A stretch of DNA of 64,000 nt from Nitrospinales bacterium. GTDB lineage: Bacteria > Nitrospinota > Nitrospinia > Nitrospinales > VA-1. Below the pieces are notes generated by a model. That model was not told the DNA's origin and did no database searches. It saw only the letters and a program-made list of their open reading frames with translations. Of this stretch, positions 1-9,373 are shown piece after piece. The translations under genes and the position numbers were made by a program. Location: assembly GCA_965223795.1 (NCBI GenBank), contig CBDCXL010000002.1, positions 1,220,030 through 1,284,029 on the forward strand, read 5' to 3'. How positions within the stretch are numbered: position 1 is the stretch's first letter; the number at the start of each line of letters is the position of its first letter.

Positions 1-254
1 TGCCGTTCACTGAGGACGCACTGTCTATGGAGTTCGAACTGAGCGTCAACGGCGAACGGCGGCAGCACGGCAACGCACGCGAGATGATCCATTCCATTCC
101 GCGGATCGTGCATTTTCTGAGCGGCGTCTGGACCCTGCAGCCGGGCGACCTGATCTATACCGGAACGCCTTCGGGCGTGGGACCGCTGGTCGCGGGCGAC
201 CGGGTTACGATTTCGAGCCAGCCGATCGGCGTGTTCGAATGGGATGTGGTTTGA
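1..254 (+). CDS. Fumarylacetoacetate hydrolase (FAH) family protein, C-terminal fragment (5' end outside window)
   Basis: Reading frame of the 27..254 ORF stays open to the window edge. The C-terminal PGDLIYTGTPSGVGPL motif is typical of FAH-family enzymes. Confidence 0.7.
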   Translation, partial: PFTEDALSMEFELSVNGERRQHGNAREMIHSIPRIVHFLSGVWTLQPGDLIYTGTPSGVGPLVAGDRVTISSQPIGVFEWDVV

Positions 255-287
255 CGTTACGAAATTAAGTTCTTCCTTCGGGCCGCG

Positions 288-887
288 TCAGACGCTGGCG
301 ATCTGGACGCGGATCTCCTGCTTGACGGTCTGGCGCAGGATGTTCTCAATGGCGCGCAACGTGCCGGTGGCGGAGCTGGGGCAGCTGCCGCAGGCGCCCT
401 GGTAGCGGATGCGCAGGGTGTTGTCCTTGAAGTCGAGGATCGTCACGCCGCCGCCGTCCTGGGCCAGGGCCGGGCGCACCGTCTCGTCGAACACCGCGTC
501 GATCACCGCGCCCTTCTCGTCGTCGGACATGCCGGGAAAATCGATTTCGTCCAGCTTGGTCAGAATGGAATCCTCGTTTTTTTCCTTCGCGGCCTGATCG
601 AAAAAGTGCAGGTATTCCTCGATCACTTCCTCGGCGGCCTCGACCAGGATGTCCAGCTGGGGATCGGGATGGAAGGTGACGGTGACAAAATTGTCCTGCA
701 AATACAGGCTCTGCACCGGCCCCAGCGCGAACACCGCCCTGGCGAACGGATCGGACTCCGCCTCTTCCTCGGACGCGAACGAGCGGGTTCCGGAACCGAT
801 GACGGATTGATTGAGTACGTATTTGAAGGCGTTGGGATTGGGCGTCATCTCCGTGTCCACCACCTCGAATTTTTTTTCCTCGGTCAT
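288..887 (-). CDS. Nfu/NifU-type iron-sulfur cluster scaffold/carrier protein (Nfu_N + NifU C-terminal domain)
   Basis: ORF 288..929 trimmed to ATG at 887 (MTEEKKFEV). Nfu_N-like N-terminus (TPNPNAFKY...) and C-terminal NifU domain with GACGSCPSS CxxC motif. Confidence 0.8.
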   Translation of the reverse strand: MTEEKKFEVVDTEMTPNPNAFKYVLNQSVIGSGTRSFASEEEAESDPFARAVFALGPVQSLYLQDNFVTVTFHPDPQLDILVEAAEEVIEEYLHFFDQAAKEKNEDSILTKLDEIDFPGMSDDEKGAVIDAVFDETVRPALAQDGGGVTILDFKDNTLRIRYQGACGSCPSSATGTLRAIENILRQTVKQEIRVQIASV

Positions 888-1059
888 AAAGTGTCGATCT
901 CCGTTTGTCTTTGAGGCGTGCGGGTACACGTTTCTGCGCCTCTATGGGAAGGCGTTCGCCTGAAGGAATTTTCCAGTCTGTAGCTAAGATGGGTTTGGGG
1001 GAATTTGGGTTCAAAAAACCCCTGCTTTCGCACTTCCCACCTGCCGGGACGCCGTAAAT

Positions 1060-1488
1060 TCACCCGTTCTCAGAGGTTTCGCACAGCGAGGGACGCGATT
1101 CGTCCACAAGCTCGGCGACGGTCGTTTGCCTGAAAGCGTCCTCCAGTGTGGCGACGGCTTCGTTGATCCGCCTGTGCAGCGGACACAAACGCATTCCGTG
1201 CTCGCCGCGGTTCAGGGGACAGCGTTCGATGCGATGGACCGGGTCGACCGCGTGCACCACATCGAGCAGATTCAAAGACTGCGGATCGCGCGACAGCACG
1301 AAGCCGCCATGCAGGCCGCGCTGCGAACGGACGATGCCCGCCTTGCCCAGCGCCTGCAGAACCTTGGCCAGGTAGCTGACCGGCACCTGGGTCACCTGCC
1401 CGATCTGCGGCGTGGTGAGCGGCGTGTCCGGTTGGGCGGCCAGACAGACCACGGATCGAAGCGCGTATTCGGCGGTTTGAGAAATCAT
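1060..1488 (-). CDS. Rrf2 family transcriptional regulator (NsrR/IscR-like)
   Basis: 142 aa. Rrf2-type winged helix (MISQTAEYALRSVVCLA, VSYLAKVLQALGKAGIVRSQRGLHGGF) and Cys pair in RCPLNRGEHGMRLCPLH. Divergent from the RIC gene. Confidence 0.85.
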   Translation of the reverse strand: MISQTAEYALRSVVCLAAQPDTPLTTPQIGQVTQVPVSYLAKVLQALGKAGIVRSQRGLHGGFVLSRDPQSLNLLDVVHAVDPVHRIERCPLNRGEHGMRLCPLHRRINEAVATLEDAFRQTTVAELVDESRPSLCETSENG

Positions 1489-1518
1489 GAATTTTTAGTT
1501 CCCTCAATTTTTGGATAT

Positions 1519-1554
1519 TTGGATCTTGACATCCAATTATACAGAACCTATACT
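1519..1554 (+). promoter_or_regulatory. Sigma70-type promoter for the RIC gene with overlapping inverted repeat (candidate Rrf2 operator)
   Basis: TTGACA (1526-1531) N17 TATACT (1549-1554). Inverted repeat TTGGAT-N6-ATCCAA (1519-1536) overlaps the -35. A face-to-face TTGTGT-N17-TATAAT on the minus strand (-10 at 1536-1541) could drive the Rrf2 gene. Confidence 0.5.
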
Positions 1555-1643
1555 GAAAACACAATTTAGATATTTAGATATATTTATCCTATTTATGCAA
1601 ATCAAACCCAACCAATTTAATTGAAAGGGTTTAGGAGGCTTTC

Positions 1644-2345
1644 ATGAATCACACAGAGCTGACACCGGATCATTCGGTCGATGATTTTCTCAAACAGGAC
1701 ATGCACTATGCCGCGGTCTTCGAAGAACTGGGCATCGACGCCTGCTGCGGCGGGCACAAATCGCTGGCGCTGGCCTGCGGCGAAAAGGGGCTGGACGTTG
1801 ACGAGGTCCTCAAGCGTTTGCAGCCGATGGAGGACAACACAGATACGGAATCGTTCGATGCGCATGCAGCCGGCGCCGCGGAACTGGCCGATCACATCGA
1901 GGCCATCCATCACACGTATCTGAAAGAGGCTCTGCCCCGGCTGACGGCCCTGATCGAAAAAGTGATCCAGGCGCATGCGCCGCGGCATCCGGAACTGGTC
2001 GATCTGGGAAAAACGTTCGCCGCTCTGCGCGCCGATCTGGAACCGCACATGCAAAAGGAAGAACGCGTGCTGTTCCCCATGATCCGCAACCGGGAAAACC
2101 CGGCGGCGAACGGCGGCGCGTTCCCGGCTACGCTGGCGGCTCCCATCCGCGTCATGCGCGCGGAGCACGACCGCACGGTGCAGTTGCAAACACAAATCCG
2201 CGAGCTGACTCAGGAATTTTCGGTTCCCGCCGACGCCTGCGCGAGTTACGAACGGTTGATGCGCGATCTCAAGCTACTGGATGCGGATCTCACGACGCAC
2301 ATCCACAAAGAGAACGACATCCTGTTCGCCAAACTGTCGCATTGA
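1644..2345 (+). CDS. ric: Iron-sulfur cluster repair di-iron protein (RIC / YtfE / ScdA family)
   Basis: 233 aa. ScdA_N-type N-terminus (FEELGIDACCGG), then hemerythrin-like His/Glu motifs (HHTYLKE, HMQKEERVLFP, AEHD, HIHKENDILF). TAGGAGG SD upstream. Confidence 0.9.
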   Translation: MNHTELTPDHSVDDFLKQDMHYAAVFEELGIDACCGGHKSLALACGEKGLDVDEVLKRLQPMEDNTDTESFDAHAAGAAELADHIEAIHHTYLKEALPRLTALIEKVIQAHAPRHPELVDLGKTFAALRADLEPHMQKEERVLFPMIRNRENPAANGGAFPATLAAPIRVMRAEHDRTVQLQTQIRELTQEFSVPADACASYERLMRDLKLLDADLTTHIHKENDILFAKLSH

Positions 2346-2408
2346 ACGAGGGCGTCAACGCAAAGTTGTTGCGGCTGTGAGTGCCTTTGGGAATGTGCGG
2401 GATTGCCG

Positions 2409-3161
2409 TCACACCTGAATTTGCATCAGGTCCTCGGCGAGGATGAGTTCGCCGGTGTATTCCTTGCGCACGACGGCTTCAAACTGAGCCAGGTCACAGG
2501 GCGGGTAAAAATGCGTGAGGCACAGCTTTCTGCAGCCGGAGGCGCGGGCGATCTGCGCGGCGGGCGTGGGCGAAAGGTGGCCGTCGAATTTTTTCTCATC
2601 GGGCATGACGCAGTTGAGCACCAGAAGATCGGCGTCCTTTCCCAGTTCGACGAGCGATTCGCAGGTGTCCGAATCGCCGGCGATCGCGAGAATTTTTCCA
2701 CCGCCGCTGGTGAACCGGTAGCCGCGGCTGATGGGCAGGTGCTTCACTTTGCGGGTCGTCACCTCAAGTCCGCCGTAGCTGCGCGACGCTTCGTCCTGCT
2801 CGTGGACCTGAATGGAGAAGTGTTTCGAGTCGAGCCAGCCCTGGTAAGCCTTGCGCAGCCCGTCGAAGTAATCCTTGAATCCGGGACCGGCGACGATGTC
2901 GAGATCCTTTTTGCGCGGGTCCTCGGGATAGCGGCAGGCGAACAGAAACGCGACCAGATCGTACATGTGGTCCGGGTGGATGTGGGTGAAGTAGATGCGG
3001 TCGATGTCGTGGTAGGTGATCCCCAGCCGCAGCAACTGGTGCAGCGCGCCGTAGCCGAAATCGACGAGCGAGCGCGCGTTTCCGTCCTCGATGAGCAGCG
3101 CGCTGGAATGGCGCTTCAGCGAGGGGACCATCGTCCCGGTGCCGAGAAGGGTGAGTTTCAT
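2409..3161 (-). CDS. MBL-fold metallo-hydrolase (RNase Z-like)
   Basis: 250 aa with HIHPDH (HxHxDH) metallo-beta-lactamase motif and N-terminal LLGTGT strand. Confidence 0.8.
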   Translation of the reverse strand: MKLTLLGTGTMVPSLKRHSSALLIEDGNARSLVDFGYGALHQLLRLGITYHDIDRIYFTHIHPDHMYDLVAFLFACRYPEDPRKKDLDIVAGPGFKDYFDGLRKAYQGWLDSKHFSIQVHEQDEASRSYGGLEVTTRKVKHLPISRGYRFTSGGGKILAIAGDSDTCESLVELGKDADLLVLNCVMPDEKKFDGHLSPTPAAQIARASGCRKLCLTHFYPPCDLAQFEAVVRKEYTGELILAEDLMQIQV

Positions 3162-3224
3162 TTCAGGGTCTGAAGATGCGGCCGTGAACGGTGCGTTCGA
3201 TTTTTTTGCGCCGAAGTTCGGGTA

Positions 3225-3491
3225 TCAATAGGACGCCTTGATCGCTTCCAGCACCGGGCCTTCCAGCGTGCCCCATTTCGCTTCGGGCTTTTTGTTGACG
3301 GTGACGAAATCGGCCATCAAAAACACCTGATCGACGCCGTCCAGGGCGAACAGGGCCTTGGCCACTTTCGACTCCTCCGCTTCCTGGGCGTTCTTGTAAG
3401 TCTTGTGCCCGGACTCGATGGCCGGGCAGCTCAGCGTGTACTTCATCGCGTGTTCGTTCGGGGTGGTGGATACCGTCACTTCGACTGCCAT
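3225..3491 (-). CDS. Stand-alone Nfu_N (scaffold protein Nfu/NifU N-terminal) domain protein
   Basis: 88 aa. TPNEHAMKYTL... and FVTVNKKPEAKW resemble the N-terminal domain of the 288..887 product (TPNPNAFKYVL / FVTVTFHPD). Confidence 0.7.
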   Translation of the reverse strand: MAVEVTVSTTPNEHAMKYTLSCPAIESGHKTYKNAQEAEESKVAKALFALDGVDQVFLMADFVTVNKKPEAKWGTLEGPVLEAIKASY

Positions 3492-3536
3492 TCTTTTCCT
3501 CCCTATTGCTGCGTTTGCGGTTGTTTGTACGTTGGT

Positions 3537-4733
3537 CTACTCCCGGTTCGCGGGGCTCGGCCGGAAAATGCCGAAGGAGCTGGTGTAGCCGTGCAGAAAG
3601 GTGGTGTCGCCCACCGGCCCGATCTCGCCGTTGCAGAAAAACCCGCCCAGCGGAATCGACCCCAGCCGGTCCCTGAACAGGTCGGTGTCGTGGTTGGGTT
3701 TGCCGTACAGGTACTGCCCCCGGCCCAGGCAGGAGAACAACAGCGCGCCGCAGGCGTCGTCGGCACGGCCGCCCTGGTTGTAACGGGTCAGCATCAGGTC
3801 CAGGTCCTCGGCGGACATCTTTTTGTCGCGCAGGTGAAACTGCACGAGCTGGCCTTCGCGCAGCATCGAGCCGATGGCCAGCGCGCCGGTCTCCCGTTCC
3901 ACGCCCATGAGATTGCGGATGAGAAAATCGCCCTGCTTGGGCTCGTCGTTCAAGGGATTCATCTCGATGCCGAGAAACAGCGACGTGCGCATGAGGCCGC
4001 GGTCGTGCTCGTCCAAGGATTCGTTGATCTCCTGCAGCACTTCGAGCGGCGGGCTGCCTTCCAGCTCCTTGAGCATGGTCTGGTGGCATTTGGTGATCTT
4101 GAGCGGCTTGCCGATCGGGCGGCAGCCCTGGGCGACGATGGTGTCCACTTCGATGTTGCCGCTCAGGGCGACGCCGACCAGGCCCTGGCCATACACCCTG
4201 TCCTCCAGATAGAGGGCGTTGCCGCCCTGGGACTGGGCGCCGCTGGCGAGCCCGCCCACTTTGCGGCTGCCCGGATAGGCGAAATCGATGCCGGAAAGAA
4301 ACTCCTCGCCGCGAAAGGAAAACGGATCGGCGAGAAAAATGAAATGCAGCGGTTTCTCCACCGGAACGCCGAGCCATTCCCGCCACACGCCGGGTCCGGT
4401 GTCCTGATCGGGCAGGTCCATGGTGTTCGAATAGATCGGCCGGATGTTCACATCGGGCAGGTGCGCCGAGGTGATGCTGAAGGCCGGGTTCTGCTCCACT
4501 TCCTGACCGCCGCCGATGATGCCGCCGCCGGAGCAGCCGATCAGAATGCCGGGATCCATTTTGTCACGGATCAGATTGGGAATATCCCGGTAGCGTTCTT
4601 TATGATTGGGTGAAACGAAGATGACGGTCAGGTGCGGGGTCTTGCCTTCCAGGTTTTCCTTTATGGTCTGCGTGGTTTCCGCAACGCAGTTCTCTATATT
4701 TTCATGGGTGGATATGGTCGAAGCCCATTTCAT
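3537..4733 (-). CDS. FIST N/C domain sensory protein
   Basis: ORF 3537..4760 trimmed to ATG 4733, which has AAGGAG 6 nt upstream. Gly-rich GCSGGGIIGGG and C-terminal FFCNGEIGP resemble the FIST_N/FIST_C architecture (recognised by eye). Confidence 0.7.
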   Translation of the reverse strand: MKWASTISTHENIENCVAETTQTIKENLEGKTPHLTVIFVSPNHKERYRDIPNLIRDKMDPGILIGCSGGGIIGGGQEVEQNPAFSITSAHLPDVNIRPIYSNTMDLPDQDTGPGVWREWLGVPVEKPLHFIFLADPFSFRGEEFLSGIDFAYPGSRKVGGLASGAQSQGGNALYLEDRVYGQGLVGVALSGNIEVDTIVAQGCRPIGKPLKITKCHQTMLKELEGSPPLEVLQEINESLDEHDRGLMRTSLFLGIEMNPLNDEPKQGDFLIRNLMGVERETGALAIGSMLREGQLVQFHLRDKKMSAEDLDLMLTRYNQGGRADDACGALLFSCLGRGQYLYGKPNHDTDLFRDRLGSIPLGGFFCNGEIGPVGDTTFLHGYTSSFGIFRPSPANRE

Positions 4734-4772
4734 GGATCGCTCCTTAAAGTTCTCCCCCAATGCGGAGGAAGG

Positions 4773-6200
4773 TCAAACGACGGTGGCCGGTTCGCCGATC
4801 AGGTGATTGAGGATCGACTCGGCGGTCCGGGTTCCGTTTTGAATGCAATCGGGAATGCCGATTCCCGTGTAGGCGCTGCCGGTGAGAAACAGTCCGGGCG
4901 CGGCGCTGAGCGCGCTATGCACCGACTCGATCAACGCGGCGTGGCCCACCTGATACTGCACGTTGGATTTCTTGTTGTGAAACACCTTCACGAATTCCGG
5001 TGTCTCGGTGATGCCCATGATGTCTTGCAGGTCCTGCTTCACCAGGGCGGCGATGGCATCCTTGTCCTGTTCCGCGACCGCCTCCTGAAGCGCGCCGCCG
5101 AGATAGCAGCGCAGCATGACGTGGTCCTCGGGAGCGCGGTGGGGAAACTTGGAGGACGTCCAGGTGCAGGCGAGGATGCTTTTGTTTTCGTTTTTGGGCA
5201 CGACGAAACCGAATCCGTTCAAAGGATGCGAAAATCCCTCACGCTTGTAAGCCAGGGTGACGGTGGCGGTGGACACGTAGCGGATCTTTTTGAGCCGTTC
5301 CGCTGCGTCCGGCGCGACCGACTCGATGAGGCGCGCGGTGATGTTGGCGGGCGTCGCGAACACGACGCCGTCCGCTTCCAGCGATGGGCCGGATTGCCGC
5401 TCGATGCGCCAGCCGGATTCCGTCTGCGCAACTGCGGTGACGGTCTCGCCGGTTTGAAACGCGATGCCGGGGCATCGTTCCACGGCTGCATCGACCATTT
5501 CATTCAGCCCTGATTTCAGCGTCATGAACAATGAAAGCGGCCTGCCTTTGGGTTTCGGGCGCGACAACATCTGGCGCTTGCGGTCCAGCATGCCGAGGAT
5601 GAGCGAGCGGTATTTGCGCTCGGTCTCGACGAACATGGGGAAGGTGCTCTGGATGCTCATCACCTCCGGATCGCTGGCGTAGATGCCGGCCAGCATCGGC
5701 TCGGCCATCTTGCGCAGGGCCTCTTCGCCCATGCGCCGGCGCACGAAGGACGCGAGGCTTTCGTCGCCGTTATCGGGTTTTCTCGGGATGACGAGATCCA
5801 TCCCCATGCGCAGCTTGCCGGGCAGGCTGAACAGAGGCGTCAGCATGAAGGGCAGAAATTTTGTCGGGATCATCAGGCTCAACCCGTCGGGCATGGTGAC
5901 GAGCTTGTTGCCGGTGTAGACGTAGGTGGCGGTCTGGTCCGGATTGGTGCCGACCAGCCGCTCTTCCAGCCCCAGCCGCTTGCAGAACTGGATGGCGGCG
6001 GGTTTCTGGGAGATGAACGAGTCCGGCCCGCGCTCGACCACGAACCCGTCGAAGCGCTCGGTGGCGATCTTGCCGCCGAACGCATCCGAGGCTTCCAGCA
6101 GCGAGCATTCCAGGGGCGCGCCCTGGGCGATGGCCTCCTGAATGCGGTGGGCCGCGGCGAGACCGGCGATCCCGCCTCCGATGATGATGATTTTTTTCAT
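4773..6200 (-). CDS. hemY: Protoporphyrinogen/coproporphyrinogen III oxidase (HemY/CgoX family FAD oxidase)
   Basis: 475 aa. N-terminal FAD fold IIIGGGIAGLAAA and overall HemY-like pattern (GGKI.T....GF..E.GP..F). Confidence 0.85.
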   Translation of the reverse strand: MKKIIIIGGGIAGLAAAHRIQEAIAQGAPLECSLLEASDAFGGKIATERFDGFVVERGPDSFISQKPAAIQFCKRLGLEERLVGTNPDQTATYVYTGNKLVTMPDGLSLMIPTKFLPFMLTPLFSLPGKLRMGMDLVIPRKPDNGDESLASFVRRRMGEEALRKMAEPMLAGIYASDPEVMSIQSTFPMFVETERKYRSLILGMLDRKRQMLSRPKPKGRPLSLFMTLKSGLNEMVDAAVERCPGIAFQTGETVTAVAQTESGWRIERQSGPSLEADGVVFATPANITARLIESVAPDAAERLKKIRYVSTATVTLAYKREGFSHPLNGFGFVVPKNENKSILACTWTSSKFPHRAPEDHVMLRCYLGGALQEAVAEQDKDAIAALVKQDLQDIMGITETPEFVKVFHNKKSNVQYQVGHAALIESVHSALSAAPGLFLTGSAYTGIGIPDCIQNGTRTAESILNHLIGEPATVV

Positions 6201-6322
6201 GCGCTTATTATGTCAGTTTTGCCAGAACGGTGCAAACGGCAGCGAAATTTATCGCAGACGTGAACCTTTGCGTTCGAATCGCCTGCGCTGTGCTTGCGTT
6301 CCGTCAGATCCGCAATCCAGTT

Positions 6323-7555
6323 TCAAAGGGAAACCGGGATCCTGCCGCCGGCCACTTTGCGGCCTGCGGAGTAGGTGGCGGCGACGAAATTTTCGCCGAA
6401 GTAATAAAACAGATCGCGGTGATCGCTGGTGTTGAGGACGATGAAATCCGCCCGCTGTCCCGGCATGAGCCCGCCGTACGCCTCATGCGCCGCGAGTGCG
6501 CGGGCGGAGCCGGAGGTGGCGGCGGCGATGGCCTGATCGGGCGTCATGCGGTACAGGAAAAACGCCTGGTTGAGCACGGTCTGCATGTTGTAGGAGGGAC
6601 AGCTTCCGGGGTTGCAGTCGGTGGCGAGCGCCAGCGGCACGCCCGCTTCCATGAGGGCGCGCACGGGCGGCAGCTTGCCGCCGCCGAGGAAGGAGGTGAC
6701 GCCCGGCATGAGCACGCCGACGGTGCCGGCGAGTTTCATGGCGCGGATGTCGCGCGGGCGGATGTGCTCGAGGTGATCGCAGGACACGGCGCCGTGACGC
6801 GCCGCCTGGTAGCAGCCGCCCTGGTGCGACAGCTCCTCGACGTGGGCGCGCAGCTGGCGGAAGCCGAGCAGCCTGGCCTGCGCGAACAGGCGCATGAGCT
6901 GGGTGACGGAGAACACGCCGCGTTCGCAGAAGATGTCGACGCCGTCGGCGAGGCCGCAGAATTCGGGCAGCGTGTCCATCACCGATTCGAAGTAGCGGCT
7001 CGCGGTCTGTCCGGGCGGCACGGCGTGCGCGCCGAGATAGGTGAGGGTCACCGGAACGCGCAGGCTTTGCTTCAGCCGCTTGCCCACGCGCAGCATTTTT
7101 TTTTCGGTGTTGAGGTCGAGCCCGTAGCCGGACTTGATCTCGAACGCCGTCGTCCCCAGCGCCAGCATGCGGCGCATGCGCTGCCTGGCGGACTCGAACA
7201 GCGCATCCTCGCTGGCCTTGCGCGTCGCCTTCACGGTGCTTAAGATGCCGCCGCCGTTTTTCAGGATTTCCAGATAGCTGTCGCCCGCGGCGCGCTGTTC
7301 CATCTCGTCCTTGCGTTCGCCCGCGTAGATGAGGTGGGTGTGGCAGTCCACCAGACCGGGCATCACCGCGCGGCCGTCGAGATCGATGGCTTTGGAATAA
7401 TCGGACGGTTTGAGGCCGGATTCGGCGACCACCTTGTCCACTTTCCCGCCTTTAACGATGAGGGCGCAGCGGCGGCGCGCGCGCATGCGCGGCGGCGGAC
7501 CGGGCTCCACCTGGATCAACTCGCCGATGTTGTGAAAGCAGAGGGATTTTTTCAT
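6323..7555 (-). CDS. hutI: Imidazolonepropionase
   Basis: 410 aa amidohydrolase with GLVDCHTHL motif. Sits in the hut gene context downstream of hutU. Confidence 0.9.
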   Translation of the reverse strand: MKKSLCFHNIGELIQVEPGPPPRMRARRRCALIVKGGKVDKVVAESGLKPSDYSKAIDLDGRAVMPGLVDCHTHLIYAGERKDEMEQRAAGDSYLEILKNGGGILSTVKATRKASEDALFESARQRMRRMLALGTTAFEIKSGYGLDLNTEKKMLRVGKRLKQSLRVPVTLTYLGAHAVPPGQTASRYFESVMDTLPEFCGLADGVDIFCERGVFSVTQLMRLFAQARLLGFRQLRAHVEELSHQGGCYQAARHGAVSCDHLEHIRPRDIRAMKLAGTVGVLMPGVTSFLGGGKLPPVRALMEAGVPLALATDCNPGSCPSYNMQTVLNQAFFLYRMTPDQAIAAATSGSARALAAHEAYGGLMPGQRADFIVLNTSDHRDLFYYFGENFVAATYSAGRKVAGGRIPVSL

Positions 7556-7611
7556 GGTGCGGGCGGGGCTCCTTTCGGTTTTGCGGCAGACACTCGTATA
7601 GAATCCGGTTC

Positions 7612-7638
7612 GTCCTGCTTCGACAGGCTCAGCATGAC
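7612..7638. repeat. Dispersed hairpin element, copy 1 (GTCCTGCT-N11-AGCATGAC)
   Basis: The 24-nt string TGCTTCGACAGGCTCAGCATGACA (7616-7639) recurs exactly at 13122-13145. It lies in the hutU-hutI spacer, followed by an A9 run. Confidence 0.65.
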
Positions 7639-7663
7639 AAAAAAAAATTCTGCTCGCGGCGGT

Positions 7664-9373
7664 TCAGCGCGGCAGGGGCACGCCGCGTTCGCGGGCGATC
7701 TGTTTCGCGTCGTCGTAGCCCGCATCGACGTGCCGCGCCACGCCCAGTCCGGGATCGTTGGTCAGCACCCGGTCCAGCCGTTCCTGTTTTTTACGGGTGC
7801 CGTCGGCGACGATCACCATGCCGGCGTGCAGGGAGTTGCCGATGCCCACGCCGCCGCCGTGGTGGAAGCTGACCCAGCTCGCTCCCGACACCGCGTTGAC
7901 GGCAAAGTTCAGCAGCGGCCAGTCGGCGACGGCGTCGCTGCCGTCGAGCATGGCTTCGGTCTCGCGGTTGGGCGAGGCGACGCTGCCGCAGTCCAGGTGG
8001 TCGCGACCGATGACGATCGGCGCGGCGACCTTGCCGGTCTTCACCAGGCGGTTCATCGCCCGTCCCAGCTTCGCACGCTCGCCGTAGCCCAGCCAGCACA
8101 CGCGCGTGGGCAGGCCGAGGATGGGCACCTGCTTTTGCGCTTTTTCGATCCAGCGCCTGAGCGCGGGCTTTTCCGGAAAGGTGTCGAGCACCGCCTGATC
8201 CACCGCGAGCAGGTCCTTTTTTTTGCCGGAAAGCAGCGCCCAGCGGAACGGCCCCTGCCCTTCGCAAAACAGCGGCCGGATGTAGGCGACGACGAAGCCG
8301 GGATATTTAAAGCTGCCGTCCGCGTTGCGGATGTCGAGGCCGCCGAGTTCGGCCTGCCCTCTCAGGTTGTTGCCGTAATCGAACACCACGGCGCCCCGGT
8401 CCTGCAACTCCACCACCGCTTTCGCGTGTTCGACGGCGGTGGCGAGGGAGCGCTTCCTGTATTCATCCGGGTCCTTATCCTTAAGCTGCATGAGCGCATC
8501 GTAATCGCCGCCCTCGGGAACGTAGTCCATGAGGTTGTGGGCGGAGGTCTGGTCGGTGACGATGTCCGGGACGCGGTTGCGTTGGAGCAGTTCCTTTGCG
8601 GCGGTGGCGCCGTTGGCCAGAAGCCCGACGCTGAGCGGCCGGTTTTCCGCAAGCCCGGCATCGATCCAGGCGAGCGCCTCATCGAGCGAGGCGGTGGATT
8701 TATCGAGATAACCTTCCTCCAGCCTGCGTTCGATCTGCGCCGGGTTCACTTCCGCCGCCAGCACGCAGGCCTCGTTCATGGTGCCGGCCAGCGGCTGCGC
8801 GGCGCCCATATTGCCCAGTCCCGCGGTATAGATCCATTTTCCCTGCAACGTCGCGGTGCCGAATTCCTTGTGACCGCAGGCGCCGAACGTCTCGTAGGTG
8901 CCCTGCAGGATGCCCTGGGTGCCGATGTAGATCCAGCTGCCGGCGGTCATCTGCCCGTACATCATGAGCCCCAGCCGGTCGAGTTCGTCGAAATGTTCCT
9001 GTGTCGCGTAAGCGGGAACGAGGTTGGAGTTGGCGATGATGACGCGCGGCGCGTCGGGATGGCTTTTGGCGATGTAGACGGCTTTGCCCGATTGGACGCA
9101 CAACGTCTCATCCCGCGTCAGCCGCTTGAGGGCGGCGACGATGCGGCGGTACTCCTTCCAGTTGCGCGCGGCGCGGCCTGTGCCGCCGTAGACGATGAGC
9201 TGTTTCCAGTCGAGGGACACGCGGTCGTCGAGGTTGTTGTTCAGCATCCTGAGCGCCGCTTCGCTGTCCCAGTCGCCGCACTGCAGGGTGAGCGCGGTGC
9301 GGGCGCGCGGCGCTTTCTTGGGGCAGTCCTGCATTTCCATGGGCCGGGATGTGGACGGCGCGTTGCGGTTCAT
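7664..9373 (-). CDS. hutU: Urocanate hydratase
   Basis: ORF 7664..9634 trimmed to ATG 9373 (MNRNAPS). HutU-like blocks (LIVYGGTGRAARNW, DQTSAHN, HHGGGVGIG). Its ATG overlaps the hutG stop (ATGA). Confidence 0.9.
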   Translation of the reverse strand: MNRNAPSTSRPMEMQDCPKKAPRARTALTLQCGDWDSEAALRMLNNNLDDRVSLDWKQLIVYGGTGRAARNWKEYRRIVAALKRLTRDETLCVQSGKAVYIAKSHPDAPRVIIANSNLVPAYATQEHFDELDRLGLMMYGQMTAGSWIYIGTQGILQGTYETFGACGHKEFGTATLQGKWIYTAGLGNMGAAQPLAGTMNEACVLAAEVNPAQIERRLEEGYLDKSTASLDEALAWIDAGLAENRPLSVGLLANGATAAKELLQRNRVPDIVTDQTSAHNLMDYVPEGGDYDALMQLKDKDPDEYRKRSLATAVEHAKAVVELQDRGAVVFDYGNNLRGQAELGGLDIRNADGSFKYPGFVVAYIRPLFCEGQGPFRWALLSGKKKDLLAVDQAVLDTFPEKPALRRWIEKAQKQVPILGLPTRVCWLGYGERAKLGRAMNRLVKTGKVAAPIVIGRDHLDCGSVASPNRETEAMLDGSDAVADWPLLNFAVNAVSGASWVSFHHGGGVGIGNSLHAGMVIVADGTRKKQERLDRVLTNDPGLGVARHVDAGYDDAKQIARERGVPLPR

